Source of the DNA: Fonticula alba ATCC 38817
Lineage: Eukaryota; Protista; Nucleariida
NCBI GenBank assembly: GCA_000388065.2
Contig: KB932201.1
Direction: 5' to 3' (one strand)
Length of the DNA: 64,000 nt
A model generated the notes under the pieces. It saw only the letters and a program-made list of their open reading frames with translations. It searched no databases and was not told where the DNA came from. The position numbers and the translations under genes are program-made. Within the stretch, counting starts at the first letter, position 1. The number at the start of each line of letters is the position of its first letter. Below, piece by piece: positions 13,001 through 25,866 of the stretch.

Positions 13001-13256
13001 CCACTCTCATCCACAAGGACATGGACAACATTCCCATGGGCAGAGGCGCGCATGCGGCCGGGCCACAAGTGCTCATGCAAGGAGGGCACATCCGCGGACG
13101 CACGCCACTCTCCAAAATAGCCCGGCCCAGATGGACCCGCCCCCGTGCGCGCGCGCGCGCGCGCGCCAGGCCGGCCCATTCCGTGGCATTCTGGGGAAGG
13201 TGTCCAGATACGGAGCACCCGAGCCTCACGTGTCCACAACATACACACACATGTAT

Positions 13257-16200
13257 TTAGTCGATCATGGGATCTGCCGCCCCGCCGGCCGCCCGATGGT
13301 CCGCCGCCTGCGCCGCGGCCGAGGCCGACGAGGAAGAGGAGGAGGAGGAGGAGGAAAAGACCGTGGGCGTGGCGGAAAAGGACCTTGTGTGCAGGAGACT
13401 CCCCACGCGCGAGGAGATGTGCTGCAAGTGCGAGGGCTTCACGCGGTTGGCCGAGCCCTTGCCCACCGGGGCGGTGTAGTGCGCATCCGGGGTGGAAAGC
13501 CCGCAAATCCGCTCACAGAGCCCCGACTGGGCGCCAGTCGGCAGGAAGGCCAACATGGCGGCCTGCTCATTGAGAAGCAGGGCAAAGGCCTCGGCCGCGG
13601 CCGAGGGAATGGCATCGGCCCCGATGCATGAGCCCCCGGAGGAAGCCCCCCCGGCCGGCGAGCCCGATGATGACGCCGGCCCGCCACCACCGCCACCGGC
13701 CGACCCGGAGGAAGTCGCCGGGACAGACTGCGTCGGCGAGCCGGGCGACCCGCCAGCCCCGGCCGAGGAGAACCCACGCGAACCGGCACCCTCAGACCCG
13801 GATGCCGATGAAGCACCCGACCCTGCCGGGCCGTCGGCGGTGGGCGAGGAAAACAGGATGACCAGTCGCCGGGCGGAGGAGGTTCCCGTGTCGGCGGTCG
13901 ATCCGCTTCCGGTACCACCGCCACGGGGAGGGACCACCAGCTCCACAATCGGCTGTGTGGAGGCCAGGCTGCCAACGCGCAGGCAGCTCAGGGAAATCCA
14001 AATGAACGAGAAGCTGAAGGACTGGGCCGCACTGGGCGACGCAGGGGCCTCCCCGGGCTCCAGGGACCCACCCGACGGTGTGGGGGGGATGTGAATCTGC
14101 CCGGTGCTGGCTGCCCGGCGCCCGTACAGGATGTCCGCCGGCTTGAAAGGCGGGGCCACATTCGACTGGGATGCACCGGGGCCGGTGTCGGACCCGGGCG
14201 ACGGGTCGACCACTTCGGCCTCCCCATGCTTGCCCTGCTTCTGGAGGAGGATCGAGTCATTGAAGAGGTAAATCGAATAGGAAGAAGGAAGCTGCTGCGA
14301 AGCGGTGTCCAGCATCAGCAGCACATTACTGAAGCTATAGATGAGCCGGCGCTCGGGGGTGTTGAGGGACTATGGGACACACGTCGGTATGGGGGGCGGG
14401 GAGGCAGCGCGAGCGGCAGCGGCAGCGCGCGAAATGCCCACCCGGTTGGAACCGCGAGAGGCCAGTGTACAGGGGCAATGCAGGATGTTAGTGTGAGCGC
14501 CATGGCAAGGTGTGGCTCCCTGGATGCCCCCCCCCCTCCCCTCTTCCCTCCACTCACCGCCCATCCGCTTCATGGCAAACGTACAGGGATGCCAGTGGCC
14601 GTGGCCAGGGCGCTGATGGCCGAGCTGGAGCTACTGCCCCCGGACAGGCGGATCTCATTGCTGACGATCGAGGTGTACATCTTCCGCAGGGCCGAATCGG
14701 TGACCTCCACCGGGGCGGCCGTGGTCACCGGCTGCGGGGGGGGAACAAACTTCCGCCCAGGCGAGGCCTCCTCATTGCCGAGAGCGTCCAGACCGGAGAG
14801 GGACTTTGAGTGGGTTTGGTGCAGGTGCTCGCCGGCGATCGGCTGACCGAGGGAGTTCTTTTTGGATTGCTTCTTGCGCGAGGAGCTGGCCACCGGGGAG
14901 GAAAACCGCCGACCACCACCGCAGGAGCTCATGACCGGGGTTCCACCGGACATGGAGGCCATGGTCTTCCGCGGGGGGGCTGCCGTGGGGCTTGAATCGA
15001 GCTCCTCCTGGCCGATGGTGCCATCCAATGGCACGAGGGCCGAGTCGGTCAGGGAGGCCCCGATGCTCAGCAGCGCATCAATGTCAAAGCTCGACGGATG
15101 CCGACACGGCATGTCATCGCCCGTCTCCAGGGGAGATAGCTGCCCAAGAGCCGGGACACCCACCTGCCCGGCCAGGCTGTCGGTCGAGGCCACCAGAGCC
15201 ATTACATGATCGATGTCTCGCTGGGAGGAGGAGCTCGGGCTGGGAGAAGGGGCCCGGGGGCTGCCCGGGTAGGAGTCCCCCCCTAGGGGAGAGGCATCGG
15301 CCGCCAGATCGCCGGCAAGCGCGGTGGCCGTCAGCGCCGGGCTCAGCTGCTTGGCCGCGGCCAGGGCCGCATGCTCGGCGGCCGAGGAGGCGGACGCCGC
15401 AGCCCCCTCGGCCGATGCGCCGGTGCCGCGGCCGCCGCCACCGGCCGACAGGCCAAGCAGGGAGGACGCCGGCGACAGCGGCTCACCATCCGAAATGCCC
15501 GCCACCGAGGAGGAGGACAGGCGGGCATTGGCCGCACCGGCGGCCATGGAATTGCCAACCGAGACCAGATTCAAGACTCGATCGATGTCCTGTGCGCTGG
15601 CCAGCGACGCTTGCGAGCCGCCGAAGGACGAGCAGCTCAGGTGCCCCCCATCGGAGGCCAGCAGCTCGGACCCGGTGGAGGTGAACCCGCCAACGGAGTC
15701 AATCGATCCCAGGGAAAAGGAGGAGGTCGACCCGGCCAGCCGCAAAACATGGTCAATGTCCTGGGCACTCGTCGACCGGGTGCGCTCGGTGGTCCGAGTC
15801 AGATACCCATCGTGCTCCGGAGAATGGCCATCAATCGAGGAGTCTGATGAGGAGTACTCCGAGTCGGAATCCGAGCCGGGCGTCGTGTCCGAGCCGGACA
15901 TCGACCGGAACCCGACGTCAGGGGCAGCGGCATCCTCATCACCATGGTGTTGTTCCTGCTGCAGGGCATCGGCAGGAGTGCCAGCCGCTGGCCCTGTAAT
16001 CTCCGGGTCCTGGGAGGGGGCCATGTCCGGGGCGGGGTTGGCGGCGTCGGCGGCTGCCGCGGCTGCCACGGCCGACCGACCGGTGGCGATGGCTGCCGCC
16101 TCGGGGGCCAGGCGCGCCAGGGGCTGGAGCTGTGGCCGCAGTGACCTCCGGCAATTGTCCACGAACTCCGAGCAGGTCATGCGCCGACTGCGAGATGCCT

Positions 16201-17310
16201 TCAGCTGGGGGCTGTGGGCATCGGTATTGAGCATCAGCAGGGCAAAGGCCAGGATGAAGGCCGTGTCTGTGGGGCGTAGCGACGACAGGGGGAAGGCGGG
16301 AGAGGGGAGGGAGGGGGAGGCGGAGCAGGTAGACGGTCAGCCAGCCAGCCAGCCAGCCGGGAAATGAGGGAGGGGAGGGGGTGGCGGGCTGAAGGTGCGA
16401 CCAGGGGCCGCTGTGTGGAGGGCAGCAGGGGAGAGGGTGGCACTGGCGCACCGGAGAGCAAGAAAACCCCAGGGTTTTGCTGGCAATAGGCCTCGGAGAA
16501 GGACTCCAGGATTCGGGAGATTGCTTGGGCCTCGAGACCGGTCACCGTGAAGTTGGCCGATGTCAGGAACTTGCTGTGGTGCACATTGCGGAGCAGGAGC
16601 GCCGGGGGGCGGGGGNNNNNNNNNNNNNNNNNNNNNNNNNNNNNNNNNNNNNNNNNNNNNNNNGGATGGCAGTGGGGGACGGGCAGCCAGTGAGCTGGCA
16701 TGGCCAGTTTGTGGGAGACAGCAAGCGTGTTGACGTGTGCATGTGTGTCCAAATGTTTAAAGATGGAAATACATATATATAATAGACGTGCGAGGGGGAG
16801 GAGGAGAACGCACCGAAAGGCTGCCTCCAAATTCAGGCCCTGCATGGGAAAGTGCATGCAGAAAGCCTCCCGGACCCGGTTGGAGTGGGTGTCCCGGCCG
16901 GCGATGTAGCCGCCAACACGGTGCCGGTCGAGAGCCGGCTCGCGAAGGAGAAAGCGCGCAATGGCCTCGATCATGGGCCCGGGGAGCTCCTCGAAGTCCA
17001 GCTCCCCGGGAGCAGCAGCCAGCAGGGAGGCCATCTTGTCGGCATCAGCAGCGGAGGCCAATGCGAAGAAGCCATGGCGAATGAGGAGCTCGATGCCCTT
17101 TGTCCATGTGCATGAGTCCGGTTAGAGCGGGTGCAGTGACCGGGTATGCGCGGGGCGAGAGCGGTGATGATGGAGGTGGCCGAGACAGCAGCGGGCTCTT
17201 CCCGGGCGTACCAGCTTCGGCGAGAGATGGAAGACATAGATGTCGGCGTAGAAGAGAGACCGGACCTGCTTGGCGTCCGAGGCCTGGATGGTCGTCGAAG
17301 TGACGGTCAT
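13257..17310 (-). CDS. Sec7-domain Arf guanine-nucleotide exchange factor with a probable C-terminal PH-like region
   Basis: Sec7 motifs: GIELLIRHG, LDRHRVGGYIAG, FTVTGLEAQAISRILESFSEAYCQQNPGVF, TAFILAFALLMLNTDAHSPQL, LRKMYTSIVSNEI. Downstream YSIYLFNDSILL is PH-like. Multi-exon; the N-gap at about 16616-16663 lies in an intron; start codon tentative. Confidence 0.8.
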
Positions 17311-17884
17311 GTCTCGGAGGGAGAGTCGGGAGGGGGGGGGGGGAGCAGGCCGCCGGCAAGGGAGCGGCTGGTGTCGTGGGCAGGGGCAGGTGTCGGCAGG
17401 CGCAGAGAGAGGGAAGGGAGAGAGAGAGAGACGAAGGGGAGGAGAAGGGGGAGGGGGAGAGGAGGAAGAGAGGCGGAAGGAGAGAGAGAGGGAGAGGGGG
17501 GGAGAGAGTGATCTAGCGCCTTTGTAGGGGGCCGGGCCGCCGAGAGGCCTCTTGTTTTTGCCTCCCCTGAAGCAGAGGCCCCCCTCACCTCGGCCGCTCT
17601 CCGGCGTGGAGGATGGGGTGTTCCTCGAGGGGGCGGGGGGACTGGCGCGGAATTCCTTCTCCGTCATGGGCCGGCTTCCTGTGATATGTGGCGATGCAGC
17701 CACCTTCTGCAAGCGCCCATCTGACCCCCCCCCCCCCCCCCCCCCCCCGCCAGGCAAGGGACGGGGGGGGGGGGACGGCAGGTCTCGCGCATGCTGCCAA
17801 GCCCAAAGCAGACACCTCAAGCTTCCGGGAGCTGTGCAGCCGCCGGGAATGCCCCTCTCCATGGGCTCGCATGTGCATGGGTGT

Positions 17885-17939
<55 letters not shown>

Positions 17940-19489
17940 NNNNNNNNNNNNNNNNNNNNNNNNNNNNNNNNNNNNNNNNNNNNNNNNNNNNNNNNNNNNN
18001 NNNNNNNNNNNNNNNNNNNNNNNNNNNNNNGGCTGGCCCGAGGGGGGAAGGGGGGGGGGGGGGGCCTATGTCCTGCCCTTGTCTCTGCCCTCCGGTGCGT
18101 GGCCCCTGTGCACCCCTTGGGGCCCCGGGGCCAGCGGAGCTCCCCCGGTGCGAGGGACGGGGTGCGATCTTGCCTGATTGGTGGACCTGCGCCCGGGGTC
18201 CCACGGGCTGGGGGCGCCCCCGTCCCCGTCCCCCGGAATGTCGACGGACCCGAGGGAGGTCCTTCATAGGATGTGTCATTGAAAAGGCCGGCCCACAAGA
18301 GGGGCCATGTTGCGCCGACGTTCGGCCCCTGCCGGCGCCCCACTCTCTGCTCCCCCCCCCCCCCCCCCGGGGTGGGGGCGGCGGCGGCCTAGCTGGGCTT
18401 ACCCTATTCGACAAGATCGGAGCTGCGGCCAAACTCCGCGCGCCGCCCCGGGCGGCCCAGATGGCTAAAGGTCCGGCGGCAACCGTCAGGCGACGGCGCC
18501 AGGGGGGGGGGCGAGGCGCATGCCGTTGGAGCCGCATCTGGCGGGCTGGCGTGGCTCAGCGAGAGCCGGAGCATTTGAGCCGGGGGCCGGGGGATGTGCG
18601 GGTGCTCCTCCCAATGTTGTTTTTCCGGCGGTGACACCTACGCTGGCCACTTCGCCGGCAGCGCCCGGGGGACTTTTTTTTTTTCCCGAGCCGCGCTTTT
18701 TTCTCCCTCCAGCCGGGCCACACAATCCGGCACTTCAAGTGCGGAGGGAGCGCACGCGCATTCCAGAGCCCGGCCGCTCCCCAACCACCCGATCTTGGTC
18801 GGGCTGGGCCTGGCCACACCGCCGGCCCCCCTCGGCCTGTCCCTCCGTTGAGCGTCGGAGGTCTCGGCAAAAGGCCCGACCGGCGTGTCTCTTGGGGGAT
18901 CCTGCTCCCCCGCGTCCCGCGCCCGGCGCCCCGGTCCTCTGCCTCCCTGCGCTTGAAGATAGAGACGGCCGAGGTCCCCCCGCCCGCCCTTTGTATGCCC
19001 TCCTTCGGTGGACAAGTGCTCCCCCCTCCCCCAGAGACCCAGCAATTGGCACCGCGGGGCCCGCGGTGCCCCTGTGCGCGTCAATCGCCGTGAAATGCTC
19101 GATTCATGCAATCGTTGGCAGGTGGCATATCCGACGAATTCCTCCGCCCGCGCCCGCCCGTGCTCCCCCCATCCTGGAATCATGCCGGCTGACACGCCCG
19201 GCCGCCGCGCCGCAGGTTTTCTTCTTTCGGCATCACTCCAGCCAGCCGAGAAACGGCCCCCAGTAACCCCGGCCCGTGGTGCGTAAGTATGTGTCCCACA
19301 CACGGCGGGACATTGGTGCTCGGGGCCTCGCAGGCTCACAGATGACCGAGAAAGCTGGTGTGGATGTGGATGCGCGGAGGGAGGAGGATACACACACACG
19401 AAGAGAGAGAAAGCGAGAGAGAGAGAGAGAGAGATGGAGAGAGAGGCTGCGGACACACATGGCTTGTATTCAACCGATGAGTCACCCCG

Positions 19490-19946
19490 TCACCAGAATT
19501 CGAAGAGGGCCGTCTCGCGCATGGCCCGGAACCGGTGCAGGAGATACTGGTCACGATGCATCCAAGCGTCGCCGGTCCCATCGAAGCAGGGCCAGTCCTC
19601 CTGCTCGGGGTCTTCCTGCTTCGGGGCGGAGGCGACACAGGGCATCGGGGGAGCTGGAGTCGCGGCGCTCTCGGTCGAGGTGCCCTCTGTTGCTGCTGCT
19701 GCGGTGGCGGCGGCAGCGGCAGCGGCCTCGGCCTCGGCCGCAGCACTTTCGGCCGCCTGTGCCACGGCGGCCAGCTTGATCGCCGAGGAATTCGGCAGCT
19801 CGTTGATGTTGTCCAGTCGGGCGATGATGGAGCCGCCCTTCCAGGCCAAGTGCGCGGGGTTGATCTCCACCGAGGCCAAGGCAATCTGCCCGGCCAAGTC
19901 GGCGGCCACACGCTCGGTCAGGGGGAAGTTCTGTGCAGCCGTGGCA

Positions 19947-20006
<60 letters not shown>

Positions 20007-23000
20007 GCAGCGGCAGCAGCGGCCTGTGAGGCCTGATTACCACGGCCACGCTTGGCCGAGGGCGGTGCCGCCGGCACCTCCGGCAGGGCAATACCATTGC
20101 GGGCCGATGCATCAGGCTCGGGCGCCAGCAGCCCCTCGGGCGGGGACAAGAGCAGTGACCGGAGCCGATCGGTCACCGCCCGACCGAGGTGCTTCAAGGA
20201 CTGATCGTTGGTCCCTCCAACAATCAGCACGGCCCCGATCAGCCGGGCGAGACGCTCCTCGGAAATGCCTTGGGGGAGAGCATGTCAGCTTGGTCAGCAT
20301 GAAAGCAGAAGCACCGGCCTACATGGCTTCTGGCTTGTGCATCAACCCGCGCCTTGTGGCCTGCACTATCACGGGAAAGTGCGTATGTGTGTGCGTATGT
20401 GTGTGCGTATGTGTAGCGAGTGCGACATGTGCGCGTACCGGCTGCTTGCAGGGACTTTAGGATGGCCAGATCCAGCGGGTCCGAGGTCGTTTGGCGCACC
20501 GAGCAAAGGTCCGCACAAAGGAGCCCATGCATGCCGGGCGGAACAAAGCGCTCCAGCAGCGGATCCAAAGGCCGATCATTGTCCACCGACGAGGGAGGAA
20601 CGAGTCGGGCACCGACAAATGCCTGCCGCCCGGGGCCATGCGCCAGCAGCACACCTTGTGAGATGGATGCCTGGCTGGCAGGGGCGTTGCCCTCCTTGGC
20701 TGTGCCAGAGGCCGATGTCCCCGGGCCGGGGGAATCCGAGCGGCCGGTGGTGCCCGACCCGACGGCCTTTGCCTTCTTCTTGGAAGCGGCGGTTGTGCCG
20801 CCAGCCGCGCCGGCCGACGCAGGGCCGGCCTTGGTCAGTGACAGGAAAAGGTCCTCAGCACCATCGGTCTTGCTTTCGGCCTTGCTGGATCTGGATCCCG
20901 TGTAATGGGGCGAGAATAAAGGGCGGGACCCCCCGGGGGGTCCCATGGACGAGGTTAGGGCAGGATGTCCAAAGAGAGGCACAAGCGGGGAAGGGAAGAC
21001 AGCGCACGCACTTTTTGGATGATGTGCCGGCCGAGCCGGTGGGAGTAGCCGCAAGTGTGGCAGGAGAAGCGGCAGAGGCGGCCGTGGATGTCGAATCAGT
21101 CGATTGGCTCGGTGGAGCGGGCGGCCGGTAGGTAGTCGAAACCATGGTCGAGACACTGGGAATGGCCGTGGTGACATTGGACAGCGAGATGGCACCACGG
21201 GCGGCCGAGGCCGCGGTGGCAGAGGCACCGGCCGCAAGCGTCGTCACGCCATAGATGATTGTCGACTGAGCGAGGGAGTTGCGTGTGTATGCGTGTGTGT
21301 GTGTGTGTATGCGTGTGTGTGCATGCGTGTGTCGGAGAAGGAGAAGAAGAAAGAGGAGGAGGGAAGGTTCGGTAAGCAAAGGGCAGCACCGCAAAAAGGG
21401 CCAGGGGTCATGTCGAGGTCCAAAGGCCGGCGCACATCCTGATCCAAGGGGGGAAGGGCATCAGGCAGGAGGATATCCTGCTGGGTTTTCAGGGCCGCGG
21501 CGGCCGACTCCAGCGACACGTCCGCCGAGTTGATGGGCCCCTCGCCCGGGGCCTCCAGCAAAAGACGCAGGGAGAGGGCGGAAAATTGGCTGGCCGCATT
21601 TTCGGCACTGATAATGGCATCGTGGCTGAAATTGCCAAGCTGGTGGCTTTCCACCAAGAGGCGTAGCCCGGCGAGAATGTGGTCCAATTCCGCCACACGC
21701 TCGGCCAAGGTCGGCACCGTCGGCCGGGGGAGCAGTTTCGGGAAGAAGAGGGCCTGCGACGAAAGTATGGCCAGTTAGCTGGGCATGAGAGGACAGGCAA
21801 GAGGGAAGGCCGCCGATTGGCAGCAGCCGGCAAAGTGCCCGCGCTGGCGGGCCCTCTCGCAAGCGGCACTCCACGCACCAATGATGACATGAAGGGCTCG
21901 TCATACAGGTAATGGGAGATCTCAAAGGTGTTGGCCGCCTGATGCCGAACATGGTCCAACAGCTCCTTGATGACGGGATCAACCTTTGATGCCGCGGGAC
22001 AGTGGGATGGCATCACCACAAATGGTCAAGTTAGTGGAGGATCCCCTTCAGCCAGCCGGGGAAAGGGGTTTCCCGAAGGGAGGGGGGGAGGGGGCCACGC
22101 ACAAGTTCTAGGGTTTGGCAGGATTCACGAATTTGGCAGAGAGTGCGGAAAATGCGGTACTGGTCGACGGACACGCGGAAGGAGTGGATATCACCGCGGC
22201 CGGTGGCCCGGAGCAGGCCCCCATCCGGGAGGGCGATGCGCGCAGCCAGGGGAGACGACCGGCGTTGGAGCATCCACGCGAAGGCAGTAGCCAGTTGATC
22301 GGAGCCATATGCCAGGCGCACGCGGGAGGCCTTCAGCGACACGCCATCCTCCACGCAGGACACCTTGATTGACTGGCTGCCGATGTCGACCACCAGCGCC
22401 GAGGAGAGCCCGGCACCGAAGGCACTGCAAACGCCCTCCTGCAGGCGCGACCAGCCACCGTCGGACGGAAGGGAGGGGAAGGGAGCCGAGGAGGAGCGAG
22501 GGAGAAGGGGAGAAGAAGAAAAGGCGGAGGAAGGACCAGAGCCAGACCAGAGGACCGGAGTTAGACCAAAGGACAAGGGTCGAATCGGATGCGGCGGCGC
22601 AAGCCGAGCAGACACATGGTGCAGGTCGGGTTCGTGCCTGGTGAAAGAGCAGACCTCGCAGGCCGAGTTGGTTGAAGAAGAGTTCCGAGTAGAGATCCAG
22701 ATCCAATTCGGTTGTATGGTCGGGCACAATGAGCAGCAGGTTGATGGTCTGCCCGGGGGGGTTGGGTGAGGGGGACCAGGGAAAGGGAGAAAAAGAAAAA
22801 GAAGGCCGACACACGTGCGAGGGAGAATAGCGCGGGAACAGGGTCAGAGGCTGAGTCGGGCACGAGGGAATGCAAGGGCAGAAGGGCCAACAGCCGGGCC
22901 AAGGGGAGGAGCATGTACCCGCATGTGCTCGGCCAGTTGGGCGGGGCTGATTTCCGGGTGATGCCCCCCTCGGCGGCCGGCGGCCAACTCGTGGCCAATG

Positions 23001-24880
23001 ACCCGGCGAAAAACATGGCGGAAGAAGCCACCCGCGTCGAGCAGCCACCGCCCGGCTGCCTGGCCACGCCGGTGAATCGCGGCCAGTTCCTGGGCCCCGG
23101 TGGCAGCCGGCCGACGGCCGGCCTCCTCCGGCAGGTACGTCATGACCACGGCCTCGGCCGATTCGGTGGGATGGTCGCCACCAGGGCCGGCGGCCAAGTT
23201 CAGTGAGCTTGCCGAGGGGGAGGCAATGGCCGTGGCACCCGACCGCGAGGTGGCTCCCAGGGCCAACGGGCCGCTTCGACTGGGAAAGCGTTCCAATGAG
23301 GCGTCCATCTGATCCAGCAGCTCCTCCAGAGCACGGAGTTCCGGCGAGCCGGCCTCCAAAGCGGCCAGGTCGTAGTAGGTCGCCAGGTTCGGCCGGCCCT
23401 GGGCATTGAAGAGCCAGCGCAGGTCGCAGGGGCTGCGCTGGTCGTCCAGTTGGAGGGCCTTTGCAAAGGGTGTCAGAGGGGGCATGCAGAAGACATGGCC
23501 GGAGGGAGGCACACGCGGCGTACCTCCGCGCCGAAGTACGACTGGCCGGGCATGGCTGTCACATACTCCGCCGGATCCGGATCACTATCGATCGGGACCT
23601 CACGAAAGCCGGCCGACTGGTTGTAGGAGATCTCCTGTAAAGTGTGTCGCAAGGGGCGGGGGGGGGGGGGGGGGGGGTAGCAGGCATGAGGAAACGGGAA
23701 AGTGCACAGGGAAGCACCACCGAGCGGGGAAGAGCACAAATACTCGGAGCAGAGGTACCTCTTGGATGATGCGTCGGATGCCGAGTTTGACGAAATCGCG
23801 CAATTGACGCTCAGCCAGGCCAATCTCGATGACCGCCTGGATGGAAGTGGCCGACTGTCAGTACGCCGGGGGCAGCTGCTCGTGCACAAATGAGCCTGTG
23901 AATGGCCGGGTGCCCGTCACAGGGGGAAGAGGGGGGGGGGAGGGAGGAAAGGGAGGAGGAGGAGGAGGAGCGGGGACAGGTGACGGCGGCAGGGCTGCCC
24001 GGATGAGAGGCATCGCCCAGGCAACATGGCGTACCTCATCCGTTGCAATGCTGTCGAGGAGGGAGCTCGAATCCTCAGCTGGCGTGGCCCGGCTCGAGGT
24101 CGGGCAAGCAACGACAGGAGGGAAGGCCAGCGGGGCGACGCTCTGGCACTGGCCGGCATACAGCTGTCGAGAGCCAATGTGGATGACAACCGTCCGGGTG
24201 GGCAGCGGCGGCTGTGCCAGGGCCAGAGCTTGCAGCGAGAATTTGGCCCGACCGCATTCGACCCGCGAAGTTTCGACCTTGGGCATGCTGGTCGGCTGCT
24301 CGGCCAGGCTCGTGGGGGCATCCCGCTCGGGCAGCTCGACCTTCATCGAATCCAGGCCGCAAAGCGCCTCGGGGGCGGCAGGGTCACCGGGGGCCCCGGG
24401 ATCCTGGCCCTCAGCCGGCGCATCGGCGTTCCGGGCAGTGTCATACCCCCGCCGGAGGGCTGATCGCCGGGAGGCCGGCACCACGAAGGAGTTGGTTCGG
24501 AGGAGAAGCGACCCGAGCGAGCGCATCGGCCCGGTGATCAGCGGAATGGAGGGGATGCGAGTTTCCAGCACGGCACGCGGCGCGGGCCCGGCGGCAGCGG
24601 CCCCGGCCGCGGCGGTCGCCCCGCTGGAGGCGCCCGCCGCCTGGGTGGAAGTCAGACCTCCTGCAGCAGCCGGGCCCCGAGCGCGACCGCGCCCGCCGGT
24701 GGCTGAGGCGCCTGACCCGGCGGACCTCCGAGCAGTGGGCGCAGGGGTCGATTCTCCGGAGGCCTTGCCACTGTTGATGGTCAGGACAAGCGCCGGCTTT
24801 TTGGTGCGTCCAGGTGCATCACCTTGATCGGACTGCGCGGCGGAGCGCGCGCGCTTCCGCGCCGGGGCGGGAGTCGACAT
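19490..24880 (-). CDS. ARP8: Actin-related protein 8 (INO80 complex subunit)
   Basis: ARP8 motifs: TVVIHIGSRQLYAG, LLLIVPDH..LGLRGLLFHQ|EGVCSAFGAGLSSALVVDIGSQSIKVSCVEDGVSL, LIVGG, PAHLAWKGGSIIARLD, C-terminal AMRETALFEFW. Multi-exon with large low-complexity insertions. Confidence 0.88.
19943..20023 (-). repeat. (GCC/GCT)n trinucleotide repeat encoding a 27-residue poly-Ala tract in ARP8
   Basis: Directly visible GCG/GCA run on the + strand, in frame within ORF 19490-20230. Confidence 0.9.
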
Positions 24881-25866
24881 GTGCAGAGGGCAGGAGAAGT
24901 GGAGCGGGCGCGGGAGATGGGCAGGGGAGGAGGGGCGAGCAGGGACCGAGGAGGAAGGGCGGACAGGGAGAGGGAGAGAGAGAGAGAGAGGAGGGGAGGG
25001 ACCGACGGCGACGAGCGGAGGGAAGAAAAACCACGTTGGTGAAAGGTGAGAGGGAGGCGGGAGGGGCGGAAAGAGACTACAGCCCCGGAGCTGTCCGGGA
25101 TCCGCCTGCGCGGCTGCTGAAATGGCTTCCAGCGAGGGAGCCCAGACCTTGGGCCCCCGCCGGCTCCCTCCGGCCCGGGCCTCCGACACGGATGCATGAT
25201 GCCTGGCGCGACGAGGGAGGCACGCGCAGGGGGTGCCCGGTTTCGGCAGCGACACCCCCTCGGCCGCCAGTGCGGAGGAAAAAATAATAAAAATAAACCC
25301 GCCTGCCGCCCGCCATCCTCCGGCCCGGCAGGCGACTGGGGAGAGGTAACGGAGGAGCGCGGCCCCGAGATCAGGGAGGCAAGCGCGCACCCCGGGGGCG
25401 CGCCAGCGCCAGTTCGTGGCGCCCCCGCACGCGAAACAGAGCCATCGGGCCATTCGTTGGCAGTCAATCGGGGGGCCTCGCCTCTAGTGTCCCAGCCCTT
25501 CGCCCTTCGCCCCTCCCCCTCTCCCTCCCCCGCCGGGGTGGGCATGTGGCGGCGCGCCAAAGGTGGTTTCGGCTTCCGGTCGCCTCTTCGGCCTGGGGCC
25601 TTGGGCCCATAATGAGGGCCCAAATAGGAGGATGATGGGGTGTATTTTGGCAGAAGAATGCACATGTGGTCGCACATGCGTGTGCGTGTGCGTGTGCGTG
25701 TGAGCACAGATGGATGGATTGGTCTGTTTCTTTCATATCGCTCTCTTTCTCTTGGGGAACGCGAGAAAAGGGTCCAACTGGGCGAGATGGGGACGCCTGC
25801 GCCGGTCTCGCTCTTTTGTTTGCGCACTCGGCCGGGCCTGCTCGGCTGTGCAGAACCCAGTGCCAG

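Noticed and set aside
7055-13256. Dozens of Pro/Gly/Arg-rich ORFs in the long intergenic region
   Set aside because: Products of G/C runs and microsatellites, with no consistent frame bias or domain motifs.
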